In this document: positions 1-9,860 of the stretch, one piece after another
Layout of the letters: each line of letters begins with the position of its first letter
Position numbering within the stretch: position 1 is the first letter of the stretch
Notes under the pieces: generated by a model
Told to the model about the DNA's origin: nothing
The model's database searches: none
The model's input: the letters and a program-made list of their open reading frames with translations, nothing else
Position numbers and translations under genes: made by a program
Source: Gammaproteobacteria bacterium
Lineage (GTDB): Bacteria; Pseudomonadota; Gammaproteobacteria; JAADHS01
DNA length: 64,000 nucleotides
Assembly: GCA_013151745.1 (NCBI GenBank)
Contig: JAADHS010000078.1
Span: forward strand, 255 to 64,254
Direction: 5' to 3'

Positions 1-891
1 ACCCAGTCCAGTGATAAATTCATCACTTACAAATGATCGCACAAATTTGTATCGACCTCCACTGACATTCGCTCCTTCACCCTGGTCTGTGGCAAAGTCA
101 AAATTTCCTTGGTTTTCAGGAATGTCAGGGTCATTGATGACAAGTTGATTAGTCATAACGCCTGCTATGCTGTCGGTGTCGTAATCACTATTGCTCATGT
201 CCATAACAAACTTCAAATTGATTCTACCTGTGGCTATATCCTGGCTAATGATGGGCTTGTTTGCCAATTGGTCTTTTAAAAATTCTTGAGTAAAGCCACT
301 GGTGTCATCTCTAATAAACTGACGCATGACCATTTTCCCGGGATCCCCTGTTCCATTTCCCGTCAAAATAGAATTGTTGCTTAATGGATCTGCGCCATTG
401 TTATCTGCGTTACACGCGACTCGTTCATCAAATGACGCTCGATTACCAGCTAAGCAGGCACGACCTCCACTAAAGGAAGTTTGTCTTTGAACACCAGGAA
501 GGGTTCGCCAGTTAGTCCCTCCCATTTGCATATAAATTTCTTGAACAAAACCTTCTTCTTCACTTCCTATTACCAAGTGATAGTAGCTTACGCCATTGAT
601 CTCTACTTTTTCTTGGAGAAATGCAGTTGTCGTATCATCCCCCATTTGTCCTGTAGTATACCATTGGGGGTTACTCTGTTCTTGGCAGTTATAATCAGCC
701 TGTCCTGCGGTGTTGCAGAAAAGCGTCGATCTGTCTATGCGAAGACCGTCATCTCGTGGAGCGGCATCAAAAGTGAAGTCTAATGTTTGGGGGTTAACGT
801 TAGTTAAGTTTTGTGCAAGTGACGAGCTTGATGCCAGTGCAAGCCATAGAAACATAGCGGCTGCGATAGATGTCCTTAACGATGTAAACAT
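1..891 (-). CDS. Secreted hypothetical protein, runs off the left edge of the window (not in ORF track)
   Basis: Manual translation from ATG at 891: MFTSLRTSIAAAMFLWLALASSSSLAQNLTNV... stays open for 297 codons to position 1; Sec-type signal peptide (SLA|Q). Confidence 0.8.
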   Translation of the reverse strand, partial: MFTSLRTSIAAAMFLWLALASSSSLAQNLTNVNPQTLDFTFDAAPRDDGLRIDRSTLFCNTAGQADYNCQEQSNPQWYTTGQMGDDTTTAFLQEKVEINGVSYYHLVIGSEEEGFVQEIYMQMGGTNWRTLPGVQRQTSFSGGRACLAGNRASFDERVACNADNNGADPLSNNSILTGNGTGDPGKMVMRQFIRDDTSGFTQEFLKDQLANKPIISQDIATGRINLKFVMDMSNSDYDTDSIAGVMTNQLVINDPDIPENQGNFDFATDQGEGANVSGGRYKFVRSFVSDEFITGLG

Positions 892-1189
892 TTTTTTCCC
901 CAATTTTCAAATGCTGTTACCGAGAGTCTATTTAAAATGAATGGCATGTTTGCTTTTCATTTATCTTTCTCTCTTAACTAAACCGCACCTTCATTGTCCT
1001 ATGAAGAACTATGAATTGCAATACCTTTGAGCCTGAAACAGCACACTGAGTGATGAGTTAGGACATGATAATCAATAATATCTCTTTGTGTGAATTTTCT
1101 TAAGGCTATGTTACTCTAGTTGATGTTACAAAATAATCTTTTATATTAGGTGGTTACGTATGGTTGGTATATTTATATAAGGTTCTTCC

Positions 1190-1837
1190 ATGATGTTGCA
1201 GAATATTCCACTGTTTTCTAATTTGTCAGAAAAAGATTTAGCCGCACTGACACAACGCGCGGCAACTAAAAGTTATCCCAAAAATACTATTTTAGTGAGT
1301 GAAGGTGATGAAACTGACTCTCTTTTTGTTATTGAATCCGGAAAAGTAAAAGTTTTCCTTAGTGACCATGAAGGGAAAGAAATTATTATCAACGTTCATG
1401 GTCAGGGAGAATATTTTGGTGAGATTGCCTTGCTTGATGATTCTCCACGCTCCGCATCGGTGATGACTCTTGAGTCGTGTCGCGTTATGCTGATATCAAA
1501 AAGAGATTTTGAAGAGTGTCTGAGTCAAAACCCCTCTATTGCACTTTGTCTTTTACGTGATTTGACTCTTCGCTTGCGTACCCTGACTGATAATGTGAAA
1601 AGTCTGGCCTTGATGGATGTTTACGGTCGCATAGCACGTATTCTTCTTAGTATGGCTTCTGAAGAGGGCGATAAACTTGTTATTAGCCAGAAGCTCACAC
1701 AGAAAGAAATTGCGAACAGGGTGGGAGCCTCTCGAGAAATGGTCAGCCGTATTATGAAAGATCTTGCAACGGGTGGATACATTACAGTAAAAAAAAGTGG
1801 CATTATTATTAACCATAAATTACCAGAAAACTGGTAG
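1190..1837 (+). CDS. Crp/Fnr family transcriptional regulator
   Basis: cNMP-binding domain (FGEIALLDDSPRSA) and C-terminal HTH (LTQKEIANRVGASREMVSR). Confidence 0.92.
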   Translation: MMLQNIPLFSNLSEKDLAALTQRAATKSYPKNTILVSEGDETDSLFVIESGKVKVFLSDHEGKEIIINVHGQGEYFGEIALLDDSPRSASVMTLESCRVMLISKRDFEECLSQNPSIALCLLRDLTLRLRTLTDNVKSLALMDVYGRIARILLSMASEEGDKLVISQKLTQKEIANRVGASREMVSRIMKDLATGGYITVKKSGIIINHKLPENW

Positions 1838-2004
1838 CCTTTAGTCGGGGCAACATCCCTTTCTCGATTCATCCTTATTCCGCAGCACGCAGGTTTTTCA
1901 AAAAGGGTGGTAATTTATCACATTAATTTAGTGATTTAAGTCGAAGATCAAAATAATCTGCGAATATAGTATGTGTTTTCAAGTCTAAAACAGGAAGCTA
2001 ACTA

Positions 2005-2694
2005 ATGAAAACAAAAACTATTTTAGTGGACGATCAAGTACTGGTGAGAAACGGGTTGAGTGAATTAATACAGCAAACTGAGGGCATGATCGTCGTCGCT
2101 CAATTTTCACGATTCGATGAGTTGTTAAATTATTTGCGTAATCATTATGCAGAATTGATTGTTATGGAGTGGAATCTACCAGGAATAGGCGGGATCGAAA
2201 CGATTCGGAGGCTGCGTAAAAGTTATCCCGGCATCAAAATACTGATTGTTAGTAGTGCTATATATGATCCCTTTCCTCGTCGGCTTATTGAAGCCGGTGC
2301 GAATGGTTTAGTGAGTAAAAAAAGTTCGCCAGATGAATTCAACAGGGCGTTGAAGGAAACGATCAAGGGTCAGCAATATATGAGTGTTGATGTTGTGCAG
2401 CAGGCCTTAGCTCGAGAATATCTGGCTCCCAGCCAAAAATCACCTTTTGAAGAGCTCAGTAATCGTGAGTTGCAAGTGATGAAGTTGGCTGTAGAAGGGG
2501 AGCGAACTCGAGACATTTCCCATAGCTTGAGTCTCAGCCCTAAAACAGTCAGCACTTACAGGCACCGGCTTTATGATAAGTTAGGCGTTAAAGGTGATGT
2601 AGAATTAACGCGCTTGGCTATTCGCTATGGGGTGACTGGAGAGCAGTTTGTTCCGCATAAAATAAGTACATCGCACAGCCACCTCAGCCATTAA
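2005..2694 (+). CDS. NarL/LuxR-family response regulator (UvrY/GacA-like) with atypical receiver
   Basis: REC domain (LVDDQ...) and LuxR HTH (LSNRELQV...LSPKTVSTYRHRLYDKLGV); acceptor position reads E (IVMEWNLPG). Confidence 0.88.
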   Translation: MKTKTILVDDQVLVRNGLSELIQQTEGMIVVAQFSRFDELLNYLRNHYAELIVMEWNLPGIGGIETIRRLRKSYPGIKILIVSSAIYDPFPRRLIEAGANGLVSKKSSPDEFNRALKETIKGQQYMSVDVVQQALAREYLAPSQKSPFEELSNRELQVMKLAVEGERTRDISHSLSLSPKTVSTYRHRLYDKLGVKGDVELTRLAIRYGVTGEQFVPHKISTSHSHLSH

Positions 2695-2753
2695 GTATGT
2701 TTAACAGCCAAGGAGGGCTTTTTAGAAAAAATTACATTTTTTTATTTTGAAGT

Positions 2754-3110
2754 TTAAGTTTGTTTCGCTTCAGACGTCGTATCCCCTTTAATATTGCTGG
2801 CAATATTATCTAGATCCCTATAATTTTGAGCCGCCGATTTAATTAATTGAAGACCCGTGTCAACCAGTTTATCTACAAGATTTGGAATCCGGTAGACGGT
2901 CAGACCTAGCCAAACAATGGCGGGTATCGCTACGATGGTTGCAAAAATTCCGTTGAAACCAATACCGTGATCGAGAAAGCTAATGATGGCGTATAAAACC
3001 ACCAAGGGAATCAAGGCGAGGCTACCAATATAGACCATAATAATTGTGGTAAAGAAGAAGCATGCGACTAATTGAATGAGTCTTGCCAGTATGATCTCAA
3101 CCGTTTGCAT
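2754..3110 (-). CDS. Hypothetical membrane protein
   Basis: 118 aa ORF with 2-3 hydrophobic segments; GAGG RBS upstream. Confidence 0.7.
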   Translation of the reverse strand: MQTVEIILARLIQLVACFFFTTIIMVYIGSLALIPLVVLYAIISFLDHGIGFNGIFATIVAIPAIVWLGLTVYRIPNLVDKLVDTGLQLIKSAAQNYRDLDNIASNIKGDTTSEAKQT

Positions 3111-3357
3111 AGTGTTTATTTATCCTCGCATGTTTGTGGGTCATGATCCTTATTTATGCTCAGGATCTTGAGTAGGGTTCATTCTAGCGAAACCGGCTCG
3201 TGAGAACAAGAAAAATGCAAAAGCTTGTCGAGATTCTTTACGATAGGCGTGGGTCTGATAGGGTGATATATTTTTTAAATTATTGAAAATAAACAATAAA
3301 TTTTTTTTGGTTCAATTCCTGCAGAGAGTGGGTTTTGGTGGAAATTAAGGATGTTCG

Positions 3358-3843
3358 ATGCAGCAATATGACATGAAAGAGGATAATACTGAGTTTGAGA
3401 TGGAACGGAGACATGGAAAAAACCGCCGTGCAGGGAAATATAACTTCAAAATGAGCTGGGGGACTCGGGGGCAGCGGTTATCAGGGCGTAGACAAGGAGA
3501 CTTGTTGAATACTTTTGTCGATCGTTATTCTCCACGGGTGCGGTATTTCAGTATTGGCTTGTTGATCTTATCCGTTCTCGATGCGTTGTTTACACTACGT
3601 ATCCTTGAAAAAGGAGGGGTAGAGCTTAATCCGTTTATGGGCGCATTAATTGCTTTTGATATTGGCTGGTTCCTCTTTGTCAAAATAGCAATGACAGCCG
3701 CTGCTTTGTTTACATTATTAATTTTTTATCATTTTAGCTGGATGCGCGTGCTCCGAGTTTCGCACATTATATATGGCGCATTTGTCATGTACGCTATACT
3801 TATTCAATATGAAATTGCGTTGTTATGGATGATCTATAAATAG
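3358..3843 (+). CDS. DUF5658-like membrane protein
   Basis: LSVLDALFTLRIL..GGVELNPFM motif, Arg-rich N-terminus, 3-4 TM segments. Confidence 0.7.
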   Translation: MQQYDMKEDNTEFEMERRHGKNRRAGKYNFKMSWGTRGQRLSGRRQGDLLNTFVDRYSPRVRYFSIGLLILSVLDALFTLRILEKGGVELNPFMGALIAFDIGWFLFVKIAMTAAALFTLLIFYHFSWMRVLRVSHIIYGAFVMYAILIQYEIALLWMIYK

Positions 3844-3893
3844 AATCTGGCATCGAATTATGATGCGCACGTTCTTAAGTTGATGCGATAAGG

Positions 3894-6800
3894 ATGGTTA
3901 TGCGGAAAGGGCTAATAATATGGATGGTTATCTGGTTTTCTGGCGCTGTGCATGCTGGTGGAATGCCCCTGCATCACCAGCTTGAGGTCAAGATCAATCC
4001 GGCACTCAGTTTACTTGAAGTCACGGATACGTTGAAAATAAAAGCGGGGACAAATAATAAAAACTTTGTGTTTAAACTCCATTCCGCGCTTGAAATTAAA
4101 AATTTTGAAATATCGGGTAATGCGACGTCTCCTGAAAAAATAAAACAGGGTGTCACTGCCAGTGGTGTGTCGTGGACAGCCTACCAGTTTTCCATTCCTC
4201 AAGAAGGCGGGGTCGTGCAAATTATTTACGCGGGTCAAATTGGCCATAAAGTTTCTTCTGGGGAGACAGAGTACGCAAGAGGTTTTAGTGACACGCCGGG
4301 ATTGATTCATTCTGATGGTGCCTATTTAGCTGCGACTTCACTTTGGTATCCCTATTTCGGTGATGATCTTATTACATTTGATTTGCAGGTGACGGTGCCT
4401 GCGGATTGGGAGGCCATCAGTCAAGGGGAGCGTAAAAAACATATAAAATCAGATGAAAAAACTTTAGTGAAGTGGCAAGAGCATGCGCCGCAGGATGAAA
4501 TTTTTTTGATCGCCGGTCCGTACCAGGAGTATACGAAACAGCATGGTCAAGTTGAGGCGATGGTGTTTTTGCGTCAAGCTGATTCTGCATTAGCGCAAAA
4601 ATATCTAGATACGACGGGTCAGTATGTGGGTATGTATAGTAAATTGCTGGGACCATATCCATATAAAAAGTTTGCGTTGGTAGAAAATTTTTGGGAATCT
4701 GGTTATGGCATGCCCTCTTTTACTTTGTTAGGTTCCCGCATTATTCGCTTTCCGTTTATTTTGCATAGCTCTTTTCCTCACGAAATATTACATAACTGGT
4801 GGGGGAACGGGGTTTATGTTGACTATCAGCAAGGTAACTGGGCGGAAGGTTTAACGGCCTATTTAGCCGATCATCTGGTCAAAGAGCAGCGCGGAGAGGG
4901 TGTTGTTGAGCGGCGTAATGTTTTGCAAAAATATACAGACTATGTCAGTGATGAGCAAGATTTCCCGCTGGCTGATTTTCGCTCCCGGCACAGTTCGGCA
5001 ACGGAAGCGGTGGGCTATGGTAAAACCTTAATGCTGTTTCATATGCTACGGCAGAAAATGGGCGATGATTCTTTTGTACACGCCTTGCGTCGTTTTTATC
5101 GAGAATACCGTTTTAAACGTGCGAGTTACGAGGATTTGGAAGAGGTTTTCAGCACGGTTTACGGCCAGAATTTAAAGCCTTTTTTTGATCAATGGGTACG
5201 TCAAGCAGGGGCACCTGAGCTTCAACTAGCCCGAACACAAGTCATTAAACAGCGTGATGCTTATGAGCTACAACTGACTATCAAGCAAATTCAAGCCGGC
5301 TTTGCTTATCAACTGGACGTGCCCGTGAGCGTGACTCTGGAGGGGGTTGATGCCGCATTTCAAACTACAGTATATCTCGATGGGGCGAGCAGCGATGTCA
5401 GCATTGAAGTTCCGGCAAAGCCAATGCAGGTTGATATTGATTCCGAATTCGATATTTTCCGGCGTCTGGATAGTCGGGAAATTCCGGCTGCATTGTCTCA
5501 GGGCTTTGGTAGTGAGCAAGTGTTGCTTGTCTTGCCAAAAGCGGCATCTACGGAATTGGCTAATGCCTATCTGGCGATGGCAAAAGCCTGGCAGCAATCA
5601 CAGCCTGGAAATTGGCAGCTGGTATATGATGCCGACCTGACCCATTTACCTAAAGATAAAACCGTATGGTTATTTGGTTGGGATAATCGATTTTTTTCAG
5701 AATTCAAACGCGCTTTGCCAAAGGGTCAGGTTGATTTGAAAGCGACGAGCGGACGCCTGGACAATACCCTATTAAACAAGTCTGAACATAGTCTTGTGCT
5801 AACCGCTCGTGATCCTGAAAATCCAGAGCAAACCTTATTATGGCTAGGCTCAAATAGAGCGGATGCATTACCTGGTTTAGTGCGCAAATTGCCTCATTAT
5901 CGTAAGTATAGCTATCTTGCTTTTACCGGTGAGGCGCCGAGCAATATGCTAAAAGGGCAGTGGCGAGTGAGCACTTCGCCTTTGAGTCAATCGCTCCCTG
6001 GTTTACGTACAACTTCACCGCCAAACAAAGCTAAGATGAAAACAAGATCGGCATTAGCTTTATTGCCTGCTTTATTCTCTCAGCAAAATATGCTGCAAGA
6101 TATTGCTGTGTTAGCGGATGAAAAATTGGCCGGCCGGGGGTTGGGTAGTGTTGGGTTAGATCAAGCGGCTGATTATATTGCCGATGTTTTTAAGCAGGCG
6201 GGTCTGGCTACGTCTTTTCAACAATGGCAAGAAAAAGTACCAGGTAAACCGGGTTTAACGAAATTAAAAAATGTGATTGCCGTGATACCAGGCAGTGACT
6301 CTGATCTAGCGGGTCAGAGTGTTGTTGTTGGTGCGCACTATGATCACCTAGGTCGTGGCTGGCCGGATGTGCATGCGGGCGATGAAGGCCAGGTTCACCC
6401 TGGTGCTGATGATAATGCCAGTGGTGTTGCGGTGATGCTGGCATTGGCGAAAAATATGGCTAAAAGTTTCAAGCCGAAGCGTAGCATTGTCTTTGTTGCC
6501 TTTTCAGCTGAAGAAGCCGGCCGATTGGGGTCACGCTACTATGTGCAACATAGTGATCCTTATCCTGCTGACAAAATGATCGCAATGCTGAATTTAGATA
6601 CCGTAGGTCGCCTGGCTAATAATGATATTACTGTGTTCGGCACCGGAACCGCCAGCGAGTGGAAGCATATTTTCAGAGGCACGGGATTTGTGACCGGATA
6701 TAATGTGAAAAACGTTAAGGATGACGCCGGATTCAGTGATCAAAAAAGCTTTCATGAAGTGGGTGTTCCGGCAGTACAGTTTTTTGGTTCGGTTCATGCT

Positions 6801-7253
6801 GATTTTCATCGGCCTTCAGATACCGTAAAAAAAATTGATGCGGCAGGTTTAATTAAAATGGTGACGGTATTAAAAGAAACGGCGGCCTATTTAGCTGATC
6901 GACCGACAGCACTGAGTGCGTCTGATACGATTCGAAAAAATCGCAATAGCGATGATGTCCATAAACGGGTAGAGGCACCGAAAGAAGGCCGCAAAGTTAG
7001 TCTTGGCACTATTCCTGATTTTAACTATAGTGGTGTAGGTGTCCGTATCACCGGTGTAGTTCCCGATTCCCCCGCCGCACGAGCTGGTTTGATCGCAGGT
7101 GATGTGTTGCAACGCCTTAATAGTAAAAAATTAAAAAATTTAGCAGCTTATGCCCAAATACTACGTGGATTAACAGTGGGTGAGCAGATAAGCTTAACGT
7201 GGCTTAGAGATGGGGAAATCAAAAACCAAGAGCTGGTATTGGTGGCACGGTAA
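3894..7253 (+). CDS. Secreted M1-family metallopeptidase fused to M28 peptidase and PDZ domain
   Basis: Signal peptide; HEILH...WAEG (HEXXH-X18-E); GAHYDH, GADDNASG, AEEAG (M28); C-terminal LGTIPDF..GVRITGVVPDSPAARAGL (PDZ). Confidence 0.88.
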   Translation: MVMRKGLIIWMVIWFSGAVHAGGMPLHHQLEVKINPALSLLEVTDTLKIKAGTNNKNFVFKLHSALEIKNFEISGNATSPEKIKQGVTASGVSWTAYQFSIPQEGGVVQIIYAGQIGHKVSSGETEYARGFSDTPGLIHSDGAYLAATSLWYPYFGDDLITFDLQVTVPADWEAISQGERKKHIKSDEKTLVKWQEHAPQDEIFLIAGPYQEYTKQHGQVEAMVFLRQADSALAQKYLDTTGQYVGMYSKLLGPYPYKKFALVENFWESGYGMPSFTLLGSRIIRFPFILHSSFPHEILHNWWGNGVYVDYQQGNWAEGLTAYLADHLVKEQRGEGVVERRNVLQKYTDYVSDEQDFPLADFRSRHSSATEAVGYGKTLMLFHMLRQKMGDDSFVHALRRFYREYRFKRASYEDLEEVFSTVYGQNLKPFFDQWVRQAGAPELQLARTQVIKQRDAYELQLTIKQIQAGFAYQLDVPVSVTLEGVDAAFQTTVYLDGASSDVSIEVPAKPMQVDIDSEFDIFRRLDSREIPAALSQGFGSEQVLLVLPKAASTELANAYLAMAKAWQQSQPGNWQLVYDADLTHLPKDKTVWLFGWDNRFFSEFKRALPKGQVDLKATSGRLDNTLLNKSEHSLVLTARDPENPEQTLLWLGSNRADALPGLVRKLPHYRKYSYLAFTGEAPSNMLKGQWRVSTSPLSQSLPGLRTTSPPNKAKMKTRSALALLPALFSQQNMLQDIAVLADEKLAGRGLGSVGLDQAADYIADVFKQAGLATSFQQWQEKVPGKPGLTKLKNVIAVIPGSDSDLAGQSVVVGAHYDHLGRGWPDVHAGDEGQVHPGADDNASGVAVMLALAKNMAKSFKPKRSIVFVAFSAEEAGRLGSRYYVQHSDPYPADKMIAMLNLDTVGRLANNDITVFGTGTASEWKHIFRGTGFVTGYNVKNVKDDAGFSDQKSFHEVGVPAVQFFGSVHADFHRPSDTVKKIDAAGLIKMVTVLKETAAYLADRPTALSASDTIRKNRNSDDVHKRVEAPKEGRKVSLGTIPDFNYSGVGVRITGVVPDSPAARAGLIAGDVLQRLNSKKLKNLAAYAQILRGLTVGEQISLTWLRDGEIKNQELVLVAR

Positions 7254-7296
7254 GAGCAGAGGGGTGATTAAATAGGCTTGCGCTTATTCCTTCAGG

Positions 7297-8520
7297 TTAT
7301 TTAAATTTTGCAAGTAGTGCAGTTGCATCGGTTAATGCAACGGGATGGGAGATCCAGTTTCCCTGACCAAAATCACATGTGTATTCTAATAAACGGGCGG
7401 CTTGTTGAGGAGATTCTACACCTTCAGCGATGGTCGTCATGCCCAAATTGTGCGCTAAGTGAGCAAGGGTACGCACAATTTCAGCGCTTTTAGTGTTGCA
7501 AAGTATTTCGTCAATAAAAGATTTGTCAATTTTCAGACTGTCAAAAGGGAATCGGTAGAGATAATTAAAGCTGGAATAGCCCGTGCCAAAATCATCAATG
7601 GCGAGTTTTACTCCGATTTTTTTTAAATTATGGAGTGTTGTGCTTGCATGTTCGGGATTACTCATTAATAGTGTTTCAGTGATTTCCAACTTGATATCTT
7701 CAGGGTTATTTTCGTATTTGTGAATGATTTTCGCAATGGTTGAGGCCAGGCCGGGTTTTTCAAATTGCAGCGCTGAAATATTGATGCTGATAAAAGGGGA
7801 AATGTCGGGAAAGTGATTACGGAGTATTTTTTGTGCGCGACAGGCTTCTTTAATGATCCAGTTTCCGAGGGGGACGATCAAACCGGTTTTTTCTGAAAAT
7901 GAAACAAATTCAGAAGGTGGGATCAATCCTCTTGTTGGATGCTGCCAGCGTATTAGCGCTTCAAAACCTTGAATAGCGTGTTTTTTTAGGTGGGTTATGG
8001 GCTGGTAATAAAGTACAAATTCCTCTTCTTTTAGCGCTGTTAACAAGTTGGTTTCAAGTTTGATGTCATGGATCGTTCGTGTCTTGTCTGCTTCGTAGTT
8101 GGCATTGTGATTAAAACGTTGCTGGGCTGCAGGTTGTTTTTCATGTTCTTTTTTTAGAGTGACCAAGTTGGATCTGACTTCTTGAAAACGGTCAAGCAGC
8201 GCTCTAAGAAAAAAGGTAACGATCGGATCGGCTTCATCCAGTTTTCGTTTAAACATGTTTCGGTCAATCAATATGAGCTGTGCGTCATCTAACGCTTGGG
8301 CGCTTGCTGATCGTAAATCATCATTAATGAGTCCAAGTTCGCCAAAGAGATCTCCGCTTGCTGCTATGCCTAAAACTATACTTTGGCCGTTTAATAAAAC
8401 ACTGATTTCAACCTGTCCGGTTTCTACAATATAAGCGCAATCTGCGGGTGCACCCTCTTCAAAAATGATGTCCCCAGCAAGAAAGTTTTTTTTATGATAG
8501 CTTTGTTTTATCTCATCCAT
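7297..8520 (-). CDS. cNMP-binding domain + EAL c-di-GMP phosphodiesterase
   Basis: FGELGL..RSASA cNMP domain; GFEALIRW, LEITE, IDDFGTGYSS, LKID, AEGVE; likely start ATG 8520 overlapping msrA stop (track start 8790 overlaps msrA). Confidence 0.88.
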   Translation of the reverse strand: MDEIKQSYHKKNFLAGDIIFEEGAPADCAYIVETGQVEISVLLNGQSIVLGIAASGDLFGELGLINDDLRSASAQALDDAQLILIDRNMFKRKLDEADPIVTFFLRALLDRFQEVRSNLVTLKKEHEKQPAAQQRFNHNANYEADKTRTIHDIKLETNLLTALKEEEFVLYYQPITHLKKHAIQGFEALIRWQHPTRGLIPPSEFVSFSEKTGLIVPLGNWIIKEACRAQKILRNHFPDISPFISINISALQFEKPGLASTIAKIIHKYENNPEDIKLEITETLLMSNPEHASTTLHNLKKIGVKLAIDDFGTGYSSFNYLYRFPFDSLKIDKSFIDEILCNTKSAEIVRTLAHLAHNLGMTTIAEGVESPQQAARLLEYTCDFGQGNWISHPVALTDATALLAKFK

Positions 8521-9148
8521 TCTTTTCGCCCGGTTTTCCCCATAGCTGTTGAAGGCGTTTATCTCTACCGCAGTTATAGCGATAAAACTTGTAACGTAAA
8601 GGGTTTTTGGTGTGGAAATCCTGATGATAGTCTTCGGCGACATAAAACACGCTGGCGGCGGTGATTTCTGTAACAATTGCTCCGTTGAACGGTTTGGTTT
8701 GATTGAGTCGTGTTTGGGATTGTTCCGCCCATTTTTTTTGTTCTGGGTTTTGATAAAAAATTTCAGCACGATATTGGTTACCATTATCACAAAATTGTTT
8801 GTTTTTCACGGTGGGGTCAATGTTGCGCCAAAAAATTTCAAGGAGTTGCTCATAACTTACTTTGTTCGGGTCAAAATGCACTTGTACTGCTTCGGTATGG
8901 CCGGTGTTACCTGCTGAGACTTGTTTGTAGCTTGGGTTTTTTACATGGCCGCCGATGTAACCTGATACTGTTTTTGTGACGCCCGTTACTTTGTCGAAAT
9001 CGGCCTCAATACACCAAAAACAACCGCCAGCAAAAAGGGCGGCTTGATCGCTGGTCTGTGTTGTTATTTGTTGGCTTTTGCTTGGCATCGTAACAAGTAG
9101 TAATAACAGGGTTAATGGGAACAGGGCTTTAAGTTTTTTCATAGTCAA
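8513..9148 (-). CDS. msrA: Peptide methionine-S-sulfoxide reductase, exported
   Basis: FAGGCFWC, GYIGG, AEDYHQDF motifs; N-terminal signal peptide. Confidence 0.95.
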   Translation of the reverse strand: MTMKKLKALFPLTLLLLLVTMPSKSQQITTQTSDQAALFAGGCFWCIEADFDKVTGVTKTVSGYIGGHVKNPSYKQVSAGNTGHTEAVQVHFDPNKVSYEQLLEIFWRNIDPTVKNKQFCDNGNQYRAEIFYQNPEQKKWAEQSQTRLNQTKPFNGAIVTEITAASVFYVAEDYHQDFHTKNPLRYKFYRYNCGRDKRLQQLWGKPGEKNG

Positions 9149-9153
9149 ACTTT

Positions 9154-9642
9154 CTATGCTGGCATGAATTTTAATGCGAGTCCATTGTTACACCATCGTT
9201 TACCGCTGGGCTTAGGGCCATCTTTGAAAACATGACCTTGGTGTCCCTCGCAGCGAGCGCAGTGATATTCTGTGCGTGGATAGATCAACTTAAAGTCGCG
9301 CTTTGTTGCTACGTTAGCATCGATAGTCGTGAAAAAACTGGGCCATCCTGTGCCGCTGTCATATTTCATATCGGAATTGAACAGGGGCAGTTCACAGGCG
9401 GCACAGACATAAACGCCATCTTGTTTTTCATTATTTAACGAGCTTGAATAGGGGGCTTCGGTTCCTTCTTGCCGTAGAATATGATACTGCTCTGGTGTGA
9501 GTAGTTGTGCCCATTCGGCATCTGATTTGATGACTTTTTCGATGTGGTTTGTTGAAATTTCGTTGTTACTCATGACACGTGTCCCAAAAATCGAGGCTGG
9601 AATTAGCCCCAGCGTACTGATAAGAAAATGTCGTCGTTTCAT
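9154..9642 (-). CDS. msrB: Peptide methionine-R-sulfoxide reductase, Tat-exported
   Basis: GTGWPSF, GHVFKDGP, RWCNN; CxxC zinc pairs; MKRRHFL twin-arginine signal. Confidence 0.95.
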   Translation of the reverse strand: MKRRHFLISTLGLIPASIFGTRVMSNNEISTNHIEKVIKSDAEWAQLLTPEQYHILRQEGTEAPYSSSLNNEKQDGVYVCAACELPLFNSDMKYDSGTGWPSFFTTIDANVATKRDFKLIYPRTEYHCARCEGHQGHVFKDGPKPSGKRWCNNGLALKFMPA

Positions 9643-9679
9643 CGCTCGTAACCTTTTGTTGTCATGGTGGAGTGATTAT

Positions 9680-9860
9680 AATGCTCATGGCGTTATGAAT
9701 TTAGGTGTTTTCACGTCCATCTGTATCTTATCTTTGGCTTTTCCTCAATCGAAAAAACTCGATTTAGCACACTAGATCTGCGTTTTTTCTCAGTCGAAAA
9801 AATCGAACCTAAGGCACCTCTGCACGTGTTAACACCTAAGTCCATAACGCTATGGGTATA
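9680..9860. mobile_element. Palindromic MITE/ERIC-like element, family I, interior type a
   Basis: About 30 bp terminal inverted repeats (aatgctcatggcgttatgaatttaggtgtt / aacacctaagtccataacgctatgggtata); colinear with 16299-16480. Confidence 0.85.

Noticed and set aside
8521-8790. N-terminal extension of the EAL ORF given in the track
   Set aside because: Overlaps msrA in another frame; ATG at 8520 gives a clean domain start
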